Assembly (NCBI GenBank): GCA_051942245.1
Contig: JAVECL010000004.1
Coordinates: 1-64,000, forward strand
Direction: 5' to 3'
Length of the DNA stretch: 64,000 nucleotides
Source of the DNA: Trypethelium eluteriae
Taxonomy: Eukaryota
Shown: in pieces, positions 48,795 to 61,837 of the stretch
Numbering within the stretch: position 1 is the stretch's first letter
Layout: each line of letters opens with the position of its first letter
Made by a program: the position numbers and the translations under genes
Notes under the pieces: model-generated
What the model saw: only the letters and a program-made list of their open reading frames with translations
Told to the model about the DNA's origin: nothing
The model's database searches: none

Positions 48795-51700
48795 CTACAA
48801 AACACCCAATTCTCCAAAAGCCCTTACGACCTCCACATCCACATTGACAAGCCATTGCTCCCGAAACGTCTCAATCCCCCCCACATTTGCGATCACTTCA
48901 CTAAGCCTCCCAGCTACAAATTCTACTGTGTTATACTTATGTACAGGGTCCCTTCCTTCCAGAGCTCTCCTCCTCGCCTCTTCAGGCGCCTCGGGCATCG
49001 ACTGTCCATCTTCCATCGTGTAGTTTGAGTGGATGAGCGTGGGGTCATACACAAGACTATCGGATTTGACATCTTTCGATTCATCACTTGTGCGAAGTTC
49101 GATGATGACTGATGTCCAGACAGTCATGAGATCTTGTAATCTGTTCAGGATAAAAGGTTGCGTGGTAGTCAGGAGGTTAGTGAGAGCGAGACAGTGGAGT
49201 TTGCGGACAGGGAGGGAGGGGATATCTGGGAAGTGTGAGAACCATTCTTCGAGAAGCCAACTCATCGTTTTTTCGAAGGGTTCTGGGGCTTCGGCTGCAT
49301 TGCTTGGTCTTGCTTTTGATGTATTAGATACAGAACGGGCAGGCTCGATGGCGGTGAGAGTAATGCGTGTAGAGGCGATCATAAGGCGTGAGAGCATGGT
49401 GAAATAATCTGTCTCGATGGCACCATCGACGAGAGATTCTCTAGCAAGAGGGCCGGTCGTGCAGTGTGCCAGGTACGAACTGTGAAGGCCATTGAGGAGG
49501 TTCGGGAGAAAGTAGGAATTAAGAAGGTCGGTGACAGTAATTTCCACGGCTCGCTCACCGGCAATGGACTCGGCCTGAAGGATGATTACTTCGAACAAAT
49601 GTGTGAGAACGCCATTTCCGTCTGCTTTGAGAGATCCCAACAGACTGTCCAATGAATGTATGAGGGGAAGACGGAGCGAATCATGGAGCATCTCAGATGG
49701 TAGGAAGAGAAAGTAGGATTCAACGATTTCGAGAGCTTTGCGAAGGGTGTCGGTACCGAGGTCAAGAACTTTGAGCAAGTAGGGGACGATGCCAAGGAGA
49801 GCTTGAGGTGTTGGTTGGTCTGTCTGCTCAAGGATATTTGCTAGTAGATCAAGAGCATCTTCGAGAAGATACACTCGAGTTTCCTGTGACTGGTGTTAAT
49901 GCCTTTGGACACACGCATACGACACAATAGATATCTATATACCGAGTCGGGTTCGAGAGCCCCTTTGATGATGGGTAAAGCCATCAGGTGATATTTCCGA
50001 GACTCGGCTTTCATGGAACTGACAAGACGGGCGAGGATGGTCAGAATAGCCTGCTTCATAATATTTTCTTCTCCCGACTGCTCCCAGAGTCGGGGTAGGA
50101 GGGAAACTATTTCGTCGGCATAAGGAGAGATCTAGATCTGTCAGGGCTGGTTTCTTCCAGGCCATCGGTGATCCACATACGTGTTGTCCCATGCGCTCAA
50201 CCAGAGCGCTCACCGTCTCCAACAACGCCAGTTTGGTCTCCGCAAGTTCAACGCTCTCGATGAGGTCCATCAAACTTGACAACACGTCCGAGGCGTAGGG
50301 CAAGAAGTGAGATGCATCAAACTCCCATTCATCCGCAATAGCCTTGAATTGCCGAGCAGCTGTGATCCGAACGACTCCGTCATTCAGGCTGTCTTCTTTG
50401 CTAAGAAAGTACCTGAAGATGGAGTATACTGCTGGTCTCGAAGACTGCGAAATCTTGACTGATATCCATTGAGCTAAAAGTATTGCAATTCGTCGGCGAA
50501 GGATGTTGTAGCCTGGCTGCTGCTTTTGGGACTCGGGTACCAGTGTAGAGGCAAGGAAGCTATCGAAGTCCAAGGCTTGGTAAGAGACGGGTGCAGCAAG
50601 GCCAATGGCAGTGTAGACCGAGTCCTTGAGGCCGAGATTATCGTGATCCGGAGCTGTCCTTCGTTAACGGTGCTTTCAAGCGTGCAAAACGCGCGAGGAA
50701 GAGCTTACAGGAAATTGCATAGAACACGTCCAAGAGCGGAGGTACAAGAAGGTCTTTGAAGTTGATGGCTAAGTCGAGAAATAGTTTCTCGGCACATGGG
50801 CGGACGGAGAATTCGAAGCTGTCTCCTTCTCCCTCTTGCCTACTCTCCCATTCCTCGGGATCTTCTTCCCATTCACGCAGATCAGATGCTCGAATAACGA
50901 AAAATCGTGTAACAACAGTCTCCATCAATTCCTTTACGAAATCTGAGGTGAGTAATTGACTCTTGACAATCTCGGTCGCTTGAGCTCTTTCCTCCTTCTC
51001 CTGAGGCTGTTTGTACTTGATACTGGGGGCGGGATTGAATACCATTTTGAGACATGCTCGTGTAATCAGGAGACCTTTGAGGCAAAGGCGTTCCTGAAAA
51101 GTCTTTCGGGGATCCTCATCCATGGAAATCCCCGCATCCTTCATCGAGTACGTAGTAGATGCAAAGATTTTGCTATACTCTGCAGCGAGATTCCAGTACG
51201 CTTGCACCAGATTGAGCGATTCATGCATGTGAACGAAGGCGAACGGATGAGCCTGCGCCATCTCCACATGATACTTGGCTAGTTGCATCAGGTGTTTTTG
51301 AATGGCAACGATGGCATCTTGGGTGAGAGAGGAGGCTCCTTGAGCGGCGACCTGTAGAAGAGTTCCAAAATGATCCCGAGTGATTGTCCAGAAGCTTTGC
51401 ACGTCGTTCTCTCGATTCGGGAACTCGTATCCTGCGATAAGCAGCCGTCGGATGACTTTAAGGGCCAGAAGACTGTGCTCGACATCTTGAAGAGCACCAC
51501 CTTCATCGTCACCTCCGTGTTGTAAAAATGAAAGCCAACTATGGAGCTTGTCAATATATATAGGTGCCACCACTCGAAAGATCTCGGAGGTGAGAGACTG
51601 AACTGTGGCACGTATCCGCGGGGTTCTCCCGCTGGTCAGCTCTTTCACAATTTGCAGTAGAATCAAGAGCGTTCGCGGCAATTGCAGTGAAGGAGAGTTT

Positions 51701-52155
51701 GGATGTGCGGAGGCTCTTAGCAGCTCGATGATGGTGGTGACTTCATCTGGCCAATCGTTGGGGTACTCAAATTTGGTGATCTTGGCAATCACAAGTGCAT
51801 TTTGGAGGGCAAGCTGATGGTCTGCCTCACGAGTACCGCTTGGCAGTAGCCTTACCCGCACAGCTTCTCTGTCCTCTTTGTTGACCGCATTCGTAGCGGC
51901 TTTCCTCCAGTACTTGTCGATTCCGTTCTTGAGTTGGATGACTGCAAGATAGCGAACCTCGCGCGGCAGGTGCTTGTCAAGGAAGATGCTTTGGAGATGA
52001 GGGTAATAACCCTTCCGGGTCTCCCATTGTTGGAGCTGCTTGGTTCCGGTTTGCAGCTGATGAACGTCATTCGATGCTGCTGACTTGAGAGCGTGAAGAA
52101 GCAGATTTTCAGTGAGAGGATTTGCTTCAGCTGGGAGTTCAAAAGCGCTGTTCAT
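48795..52155 (-). CDS. KAP120: Importin-11 / karyopherin Kap120, multi-exon
   Basis: IBN_N domain (EVRYLAVIQLKNGIDKYWRK, FEYPNDWP), DLREWEEDPEEW..RPCAEKLF, ILRRRIAILLAQW. Four consecutive ORFs joined by short introns. Confidence 0.9.
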
Positions 52156-52657
52156 CCTTAAGCTTTTGAGCAAGTAAGCGCATAAGTTATATGAAGGGTC
52201 AGCGAACTAGCGCCACCGGAGATGGCGTTGAAATTATTCAGAAATATGTGAGAAAACATCGTAGTCGTGTGTGCAGAAGATTGCGACGCTGAGAGTGAAA
52301 AACGTTTGAACACCTTACAACACTCTACTGGCGACTAATCTCTCAGGGCAGTCTGCGCATCTCGCTGAAGTCGTAAAGCATTCTGATCGGCACCGAAGAT
52401 CCACTCCCCTCTCTTATTAATTTCTGGTGTTTAAGCAATCTCGCTACCCTGCATACCTGCCCTGCCTGATGCCAAAAAGTTTCTTTGCCCCATGCAACAC
52501 GTTAGGACGCGTCAGCCTAACCACATTGGGTAGAACCTCGGCTCTCGTAGACCACGAGTTTATATGTAATGCAAAGAGACCATAGGGATATTGTCGCGCA
52601 TGTTGGGAGCGGGATTGTCCCTCTTCACTTTGCAGACAGACGTGCCATGCCCTTACG

Positions 52658-54212
52658 ATGACCTCTACAGACTTCGCGCTTGCGCAGCAACGGCTCGAAG
52701 CACGACGTCGACAACGCGAAGTTGAACACCAAGCACGCATTTCCGAGCATACCAGTCACGCGAATGCCACACTCCAATATCTGCCCTCCAGCCTCCATAG
52801 CTCGGGCAGATTTCTGCTAAGATTTTGGGAACAAGTTGGAGGTAGAGAGGGAACAGGGCCAGCGTTCAGGGTTGGACAAGTAGACGCCGAACTTTTAGAC
52901 GAGGAACTGTTGAGCTTGTTGCAGGGCCAGGCCGGAGATGCTCTGAAATATTATGGCGTAAGCTTGGCAAAATTCAGCAAGAAACGGCTTCCTAGCTGCT
53001 GACTATAGCTAGGCGCATGTTCGAGACGAATGGTCACCCGAAATCCTCCTGATTCTTCGAGCCATTCTATTCAAGCTTACAATCTGGGATCACAATACTT
53101 CTTACGGTGCTGCTCTTCAAGGCCTGAGATATACGGACGCTCGAGAGACAGGCTCACACTCCCCGCCTCCCACTGTGTGGCAAAAGAGTTTGTACGGTTT
53201 AGTAACAGTCGCAGGACGATATACCTGGACGAAATGGGAGAACTGGCTCCTGGATCGTGAGGCAAGCTATGACGAACCAATGCCAAACGTCCGACAATCA
53301 TCCCGCATAACGTCTTTCATTGCAACTGCGCACTCGTCGATGGCGTTTGTCTCCTTCCTCGTATTCCTTGTCAATGGCAAGTATCGCACTCTTCTCGATA
53401 GACTTCTGAAATTGCGACTCGCCCCAACAAGCTCTCGCATCAGTCGTGAGGTCTCCTTCGAGTATCTGAACCGACAACTCGTCTGGCATGCTTTCACTGA
53501 GTTTTTGCTATTTATTCTTCCGTTGGTGGGGATTAGTCGGTGGCGGAGATGGCTTTCGAGGGCTTGGCGAAAAGCGAGGTCTGTGTTCCGAAGTAGTGCT
53601 GCAGAGCAAGAGAGCGAAGGCTTGAAGGACGGCGGACCACTTTCCTTCCTGCCCGAACGCACATGCGCCATTTGCTATCAAGATCAGAACCCGACAGCGG
53701 CGACAGGTGAAAGCGAGATGATGGCGGCGACGGCCACATCAAGCGGTATCATTGGGTCTGCTCAGACAGACATCACAAATCCGTACGAGACGTTGCCGTG
53801 TGCCTGCATTTACTGCTACGTCTGCATTGCGCAGAGACTGGAGGCAGAGGAGGGGGAGGGCTGGACATGCCTGAGGTGTGGCGAGTTGGCGAAAGAGTGC
53901 AAGCCTTGGAGTGGTGATGTGTTGGAAGAAGTTAGTCGGCCAAGCTCGGGAAAATCAGTTGGCTTCGCAGAGGAGAAAAGCTTACAGGACGTTGAGCCCA
54001 TGCCTTTCTCAGACGACAATGGAAGGGGTGTGCAGGAGGCAATGGACCATGGATCAGTCGATCTTGAGTCTCAGTCGCTCGCACAGTCTGCAGCCTGGCC
54101 GAATGCAGGCGCTCTCTCGTCCTCGATGTCAGTCACACCGTATGAGACGGATGAGCAAACATCTGTCGCTGAGCCTTATTCTGAGACAGACACTCAGGAC
54201 GAACAGTTGTGA
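52658..54212 (+). CDS. PEX2: Peroxin-2 RING-finger peroxisomal E3 ligase; intron ~52957-53011
   Basis: FRVGQVDAELLDEEL, SYGAALQGLRY, REVSFEYLNRQLVWHAFTEFLLF, and split RING CAIC...PCACIYCYVC...CLRCG. Confidence 0.95.
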
Positions 54213-55855
54213 GTATTTTAGTTTCGTACTTCGACTCGGCTTCTGGGCATGAACAAAGTCTCCACATTTATGCCGAAAAATACAGAGAAGGTGATGTTTG
54301 CTCCTGTTGCACGCCAGCTGCTGCATCTTGCCTAGCCGCTCGAAGGAGATATATCGTGCGAAGAGATTTTAGGTCCTGCAGATGCAATGCATTCAAGTTT
54401 GGGCCCGCGAGATCCCCCAAACCCACCGCTTTCGCCTCTAGAATTCCACAGATCCCTCATTAAATTCTGGCGAGTTCAACGCGTCGCATGATAATCGCTC
54501 CTGGAGTTGGAGCGACTACTTTCTCGAGGAAGCCATCAGATTCCATGCCGGTACAATTCCGTGCGTCTCAGAAGATTCTAATACATTTAACCATGACGAA
54601 GGAAACCCGTCTTTCGTTCCAGCGCCGCTTGCGTGCAGCATACAAGCCTTTCAAACCCATTCCTTTTCATTTAGTGTTGTCAAGTCCGAAGCTCTTCAAC
54701 CCCAATTCAGACGTCCTTACGGGTGCAGGTCAGTTGCCTGTACTTCGCAACCAGCATGCGATCTATGGTGAGCTTACTAATACCCGTTTCAGACCACCTG
54801 CATCCTTAAGTCGAAGTGACGGTATCGATTAATTTGCATGAAGAGCATCTTCATGCCTCAAAGCTGCACGCTCTAGCCCAGGCACTGAAAACGTGCTTTC
54901 TTTGGCCGACGGTCAGCTTGAAGATGGGTAACTGTCGTCTTGAGTCGCTTTGCCGAGCAATGTTGTACGCGATTCGGAGTGATCGTCTGCTGTTGGCTCA
55001 TGGAGGTCATGAAAGGGATGCCTCCGCCACGTCCAACACACTGCAGGCATCGCCCTGAAAGCTTTGAACTACCATGCCCACGATTTAGCAACCAGGCCGC
55101 AGTTCGAGTGGACCCTCCTTGGATTGGACGTGAAACACAGCAAAGACTGAGGAGGACCTTTAGGATTCGGATAGTGGTATGTTTTCTTTGAAAATAAGCT
55201 TCGGGTGTGATTCCAGCAGCCACGGTAGGCAAAGAGGGGGAACTTGATTGGACAAAGCCCAGAACTTCTCGACCTGAAGAGGTCGTCTTACCGCTATGAG
55301 ACGCAAGCGAAGAGCGCTAGGTGGCGGAGGCAGTTGTCTCTACGTATAATCGTCTACCGCCTGATCAAACGTCTTGGTAACGCTGTTCTATGATCCACTC
55401 CATCCAATTCTCAATTCGCATTATTGCGTCGCCTGGGGTTCACGGATTCCTAGCCTCCATTGCCCCTGACCACGGCGGGCAATGCGACCGCCCTTCCGTT
55501 CAACCCGAGGTGATCGCGATCATGCTTGAACAACCCACTACGTAGTGATCAAATGACCAGGAATTGGCTCAATTGACTCCTACATCCCAGCATACTTTGG
55601 TAACCTTGCGTCAGTGATCTGTACTCAAGCTCAGATAGTGTATCCATTCGACCCAGGATGTGAATAATGATCACGACCATCGGGGGGAATTCGAGGCCGA
55701 GAAGCCGAAAAAGGCAACCCTGGCTTCTCAGCCTTTCCCATATTTAAATGAGTTTCCGACAGTCTTCATTGCTTTACCCGTACATCGGAGATGAAAATCG
55801 TTCGTGGTTAATCTAATCGTATTTCGATTGATATATACTGTTGCTTTATCGTAAG

Positions 55856-57479
55856 ATGGATTTGCTCGCACTTGCAGCCATTTGCGCAGCAGGTCTGCTC
55901 CTGCTCTTCCATTCACTCCAGGTATTCTCGATTGAGATATGATTCCATTCTTCTCTAGCTGATCCACCGAGCAGGCACTACTACAGGGTGTTAGAAATCC
56001 CCTGTCATCGATTCCCGGCCCATGGTTCACTCGGTGGACGGGACTCGTCACAACTTATCATTGGTTGAAGGGAAACAGAGCGAAGTACGTCCATTCCCTT
56101 CACCAAGAATATGGTTTGTCCCCTTGCGTATTCTGCGCAACTTCTACTGACAGCATCTTTCATGCCCAATCGTGCGGGTCAGCCCGGAGGAAGTACATGT
56201 CAACGATGTCGAAGCGGCAAGAACGATTCACAAAGTTTCTGGAGGTTACCTAAAGTCCGAATGGTATCGCAGATTTGCCCCTGCCATGAACCACAGTGTC
56301 TTCAGCACGGTCGACCCAGAGTATCATAGTCGTCACCGAAGATTACTTTCAAGTCCTCTCTCGGATCAGTCACTCCGCTCGATGGAGGCCACGATCAGAA
56401 AGAGGATCGACCTTGCCATCCAGAGCATGCAGGAGGAATCGAAGACGCGCGGGGTCACAGACATATATAAGTGGTGGATCTTTTTGGCCACGGATGTGAT
56501 CGGTGAACTTACCTTTGGTGACTCGTTCAGGATGCTTGAACAGGGGAAGGTGAGGAATCTTGACTCCATTTCGATGAGCAGGCAGAATGACGTCTATCAG
56601 AAAAACCAGTACAGCCTCGACCTTGAGAAAACCGCAAAAACCAGTTCACTCCGCGCCACCTTCCCAACTCTCGTCAAATTTGCCCGCCTCTCCCCCATCC
56701 CCATACCAGTCTTCAAAGAAGTGGCCAACGCCAGCCAGCGGACATTCAACTATGCCAACGAATCAATTCAGCGACATAAGCGCCTTGTTGCCTCCGAGCC
56801 AGCCACTTCGAATAGGACGCTCTTCACAAAGCTCTTCCAGGCTGGCGAGGAGGGCTTGCCGGATCATGAAATCCTCTCTGAAGCGCAGACCTACATTGTA
56901 GCTGGAAGCGATACTACTGCAAACACACTCACTTACCTTGTGTGGTCTGTATGCCGACATCCCGAGATCAAACAAAGGCTGGTTCAGGAACTCGCGACCC
57001 TGCCTGAGGGTTTCAGCGACCAAGATACCCGTAGTTGCGAGTTTCTACAGTATGTGATTCAGGAGACGTTACGGCTATTCTCAGCAGCGCCTTCTGCACT
57101 TCCGAGAGTCGTACCGGACGGTGGCAGGAATCTGGCAGGGTATTGGCTGCCAGGTGGAGCAACGGTGTCAACGCAAGCATATAGCCTTCATAGGGATCCC
57201 CTTCTCTTCCCCGAGCCTGAGAGCTTCAATCCTTCTCGATGGGAGAAGGCACGCAAGGAGATGAGAGATGCGTTCATGCCTTTCGGCGGCGGTTCTCGTA
57301 TCTGTATTGGTTTGAACCTGGCCCAGATGGAGTTGCGCATCGCGACTGCTCATTTCTTCCGCTCGTTCCCCAATGCAAAGGTAACTCGTGCAGAGAACTT
57401 TGGCGAAGAAGACATGGACCCTATGATCTATTTCCTCCTGATACCCAAAGGGAAGCGTTGCCTAATCCAACTATCATGA
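55856..57479 (+). CDS. Cytochrome P450 monooxygenase (possibly splice-defective; see findings)
   Basis: TM N-terminus MDLLALAAICAAGLLLL, NPLSSIPGPW, I-helix AGSDTT, ETLR, PESFNPSRW and heme motif PFGGGSRICIG. Confidence 0.88.
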
Positions 57480-58026
57480 AATGTGCACCATTGGAGCATA
57501 CTAAAGGACGTCATCATGGTTAAAGCGTGTAGGAGCCATTCAGACGTTTTCGAAGTATCTCATCGAATTTGTCCAGGGATACAGTTCTATGTGGAGTTAA
57601 AAAAGTGTAGCGCTTAAAATTGGCTATTTAATTCAATTAATGTACCGAGCGTTCTGACAACGCCTAGTAGTTCTCCCTTTTAGCACCGCCCGTATGGCAG
57701 ATTCCTACAATACTTTTTGTTGTTATGCAGAATTCAGAGTCAACACAAAATTCTGTAGAATCTTGTCTACTTTGTGCTGGGCTTTCCAAAATGTGTGCAC
57801 TTCATCCTAGTCTTGTCTTGCGAACTGTCTTTCTCAAACACCTCCGAACCCATGATCGAACCGAAACAGCTTTAAGCCTTCCAAAACTCCTTCAAACCTG
57901 ATGTGCTCAATGTCTCAGCCCTACTATCAGTCTATAATCCTTGCAAAGGCGCTTGCATAACTTCATCTTTGCTTCTGCTCCCTAGACACGGAATAGAAGA
58001 CAAGAAGCCTCTGGAAGCCTAGTAAC

Positions 58027-61000
58027 TCATAGGAGATGAAACAAAACAGACAGCCAGGTGACAAGCAAGTACCACAGCAGGAATGTGTAACCGAAAGATC
58101 TCCAAGCATCGCCTTCTTTGACAGGGCTAGAAGGGAAAGGGATTGCTGAAGCGGAATAAGTAGCTCTTGTACTTGTGGTGCTAGATAAGTCGCTCGAGGA
58201 TGCAGTCGCTGTGAGGAAGGCAGGCGAAGTGGGAACCGTTGAGAACATGACGGTGTCAGTTTTGCTTCTATCGAGGATAAAAAGTCCCGAAGGTCCCGCG
58301 CTGATGGTCTCCCCATCAATCGTCATAGCAGTCCCGCCCACCGTCAGCGTCTTTGAGCCCATCACAATAATGGGTGGGCCACCCGAGGGATTGGGCTGCT
58401 CGACAGCAGTTATCCTCGACGAGCCAAGGTCGAAGATAGCCTCAGTCACGGAAGCGTCTCCTGGAATCGAGACTGCTGAGAGTGGTATGGTCATGACTTT
58501 TCCCTCTCGATTCACCACAATTTCAGAGGGCCCAGCGCTGATGATCTCCCCGTTCTGGAAAATGGGACTTCCCTCAACTTGAAGGGTTGAGCCTGCCAGC
58601 AGTACTTCTTTCGCACCTCCAGAACCCGTGGTTTCGATGGCTTCAACGGAATTTGTGCCAAAAGGAACGAATGCCCCGAGAGCCTGTGTAAGCTCGCTGA
58701 CAACTACACCTGCGGACATAGGGGAGAGACGGACGGTCGAGCCTTCAATAACGATACCGTCGGGAACAGCACTGACAACTTTCCCAGAAATAGTAGCAGC
58801 TCTTCCATTCACTGTCAGAAAGAGAGATCCCACTTCATACACACCGCTTGCTCCTGTGACAGGAGCTGCTGTGATAGTTTGCGATCCAATTGTCAGGATC
58901 TCGTTTGTCGGTGCAGGGTTTGGTGTGGAAAGAGCGCTAAGAAAAGGTCCAGCTACTCCTTTCCCGGCACTTGACCCAGAACCAAATGCAACGTAAACAC
59001 CAGCGCTGCCAATTGACACTGGGATTTTCCCAATAGTGCCAGTTGCACCAGGTTGTAATGTTTGTGCACCAATAATTATTGCACCTGACGGTCCAGCAAT
59101 TATTGGATGTGAATCGATCTCGGCGATTTTTGGGGCGGTTGGATTTTCTTCCTCGGTCATGATTGGTATTTTCAACGGCCCAACAATAACTGCACTTTCC
59201 TCGGCGGCGATGGGAGTCTTGGCAATCGTTGTCTCTTCTCCAGGCTTAAGACGTTGGCCATCGATGATGACGGCGCCTTGGGGATCGACGGAGATGGGCG
59301 TCCCGGCAACATTTGCAACTTCTGTGCCAGCAGGTCGTGATCCCCCTCCCACAGACGAGGGCAGACCAATGAAAATAGAATTTGGCATAACACCCACCGG
59401 TACATTATCGATGGTAGCTGAAGACCCTTCTCCAAAGGTAAGTCCGTCTATAACCACCGCTCCTGAGTTGTCTCCGAAGATGGGATGGTCGTTAATGTTG
59501 GCTATCAAGTTTGGTACTGTGGAAGATGGATTCACTTCGGATGCAAGTGCTTCAACAAAGGACTCTACTCCGATAGGCAGATCTGTTTCTACTTCTGGAC
59601 CGACTTTTCCCTCATTTGGTGATGTACCTCTTGCATTTGTTGGTAATAGATCACCAGATGCTGAAGGGTCAATCGCTGCTGGATTGTGCTCAGGCTGCGT
59701 CGCTGCGCTTCTGACAGGCGTCATCTACGAGATGACGACATCGTCAGATACTCATGTCACTACAGATGAAAATGAACTACTTACATCTGGTCTTGGAGGT
59801 ACGTTGCTTGTCTGCTTCGGAATAGATGTTTGATATGGAGCGGCCGGCGTAGGAGCGTACCCCGGGTCCGGTGACCGTGTTTCAGACAAACTCTCTGTCA
59901 GCGGTGCCACAGAGATAGGCGCTGGACCAGCAGCAAACGATGCCTGCTGAAGTGCGTAAGGCGGATCGAAAATGCCCAGGGTACTTGTTGAACACTTGAT
60001 CCAGCGGGGATCCAACGACGTGAAGAACGGCAGAAATGACTATCGTAGAGTTAGATTGCTTTCGAATCAGCACAGAGTTCGTATTATCATACAATGAAAG
60101 GGGCGTAATCAGCTTCTGTGATTACTCCACAATTATGATCGAAAGCGCAGGTAATCTGACTGGACCAGGCAGGCGCAGGGACAGGGTTGGGAGGCAGGTC
60201 CGCAAAGTCAAAAGGAAAGAGCGTTTTTTGGTTTCCAATCAGCTCGCTCTGAACTGGAGGCAAGCGATAGCTAGACAACGAGGATGAGGGTACGGCGAAT
60301 ATGCCCGCTGGGTACATTTCTCCACACTGTCTACCATAATTCCCATACGCACGAGCTCCATTATAGGAAATGTAAGCAGTTCCAGAGGTAAATGTCGTTC
60401 CGAGTGCTTCCACTGTGACCACACTGGTTGCTGTAGGACTAACGGTTGAGTCTGCGCAATGATTAGTTAAAAGCCTTGTCCATACAATATCCCAGAGCCG
60501 ACATGGGAAACTCACAATTGCCACAGAAATCGCCAGTCATTGTTACTGGAAAGTAGAGTAACTGGATTTGATCGACATCTATCCAACAAGGCGAACATGG
60601 GTCTATGGTTGAGTTCGTGTTGCTCCTTGTTGTGGACAAGGTACAGGGGGGTGGATTTACAGGCGTTGTGATGTCAACCATAGTTATGCTGCATGGATCG
60701 GAACTGTACTTGTCGTATAAGCTCTGACAAGCACTTTGAGGTACGGCACACGAGGGAATGGGCAAGTCCGGGTATGAGGAGGTACAGGTCACGGAGTCCC
60801 AAGTCAAATTCGGTGTAGTGGACGTCCACACGGTAAGTCCCGTCCGAATGCCAGAAATCAGAATTTCTGAGGAAGTTGTCGCTATTTTATATCCGTTCAT
60901 GCCAGCTCTGGTGCCACCGAGATAAACCGAAGTAGTATAAACACTGTACGATGGAGCCGATGCCGTCTCCACAGCTCGAGGAACACCATCGCATAATGTG

Positions 61001-61837
61001 TATGTTTGGTAAAGCGCATCTGTATAGGTATTGACTACTTCTGTAACTCCTTCAATGGTCCAACAACTCGTAGACGCAGCAAGATTCGTGTATGCGTTCC
61101 ATTCGGACCAGCATGCTTGGGCTGCATCTACTGAGCAGACGGTGTCCCAGTCAAATGAAGTTGTGGTGGCATTGCCAAGTCCGGAAAGATCTCCGGCAAG
61201 GCTTGCGTTCCCTGAAGCTCTCGAAGGGGCCAAAACGGTCGAATCAGACGCCTCTGGCACTGTCATAGAAAAATTCATAGGGGCTGAAGTAGTCATCGAA
61301 GATGGCAGACTCGAATTGCTTGAAAAATCCCCAGATCTCGTGGAAGTGAGAGGAAGATTGGGCGCAGATGTGATGTTGTGGATAAGCTTGTCGCTCAAGA
61401 CACTGCTTTTCGAATGTGGATCTATTAGTGCGGTGGCAGTCTGTGATAAGTCTAGAAAGGAAGGCGAGGACGAAACTTTGTCTTCGGAAAGCCTGGTTTT
61501 CGTAGGTTGCCATGTTTGCAAGCCGTGTAATATATATCGCCCCACGGGCATCGACGTCTCAGTTGCTACAGAGGCCGAATCCGAAGGGGACATTGTCTCT
61601 GAAGATCGAGAATGGGCATCGCCTGTCGGTACCGACGGCACATCTTGCGTAGAGACAAGGCTTATAGCATTCTTTCTTCCGGTCTTGTTTTCTACTTGCA
61701 GCAGAAAGGTCAGCTTCAACGATTTTCACCAAACGAATATTGCGATTCTATCGTAGGTGCTCACGTGCAGATGCCTGTCCGAAGAAAACGAGAATAAACA
61801 CTGCCAGCCAAAACACTTTTCGGCTTATCTTCTTCAT
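58027..61837 (-). CDS. Large secreted, probably GPI-anchored Ser/Thr/Gly-rich cell-wall protein, 5 exons
   Basis: Signal peptide MKKISRKVFWLAVFILVFFGQASA; Cys-rich region; FTSGTAYISY and LDPRW..C..GIFDPPYAL motifs; repeated I-x-G-x-T-L-x-x-G..T-I-x-G..IS units; hydrophobic C-terminal tail. Four GT-AG introns link ORFs 60463, 60087, 59752 and 58027. Confidence 0.85.

Noticed and set aside
35103..57479. DODA-like dioxygenase plus P450 as a betalain pathway
   Set aside because: The genes are 20 kb apart with housekeeping genes between them. LigB-type genes are widespread in non-pigmented fungi, and the P450 shows no specific link to tyrosine hydroxylation.
59036..61756. Long plus-strand ORFs (265 aa, 241 aa and others)
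   Set aside because: They are antisense shadows of the Ser/Thr/Gly-rich minus-strand gene.
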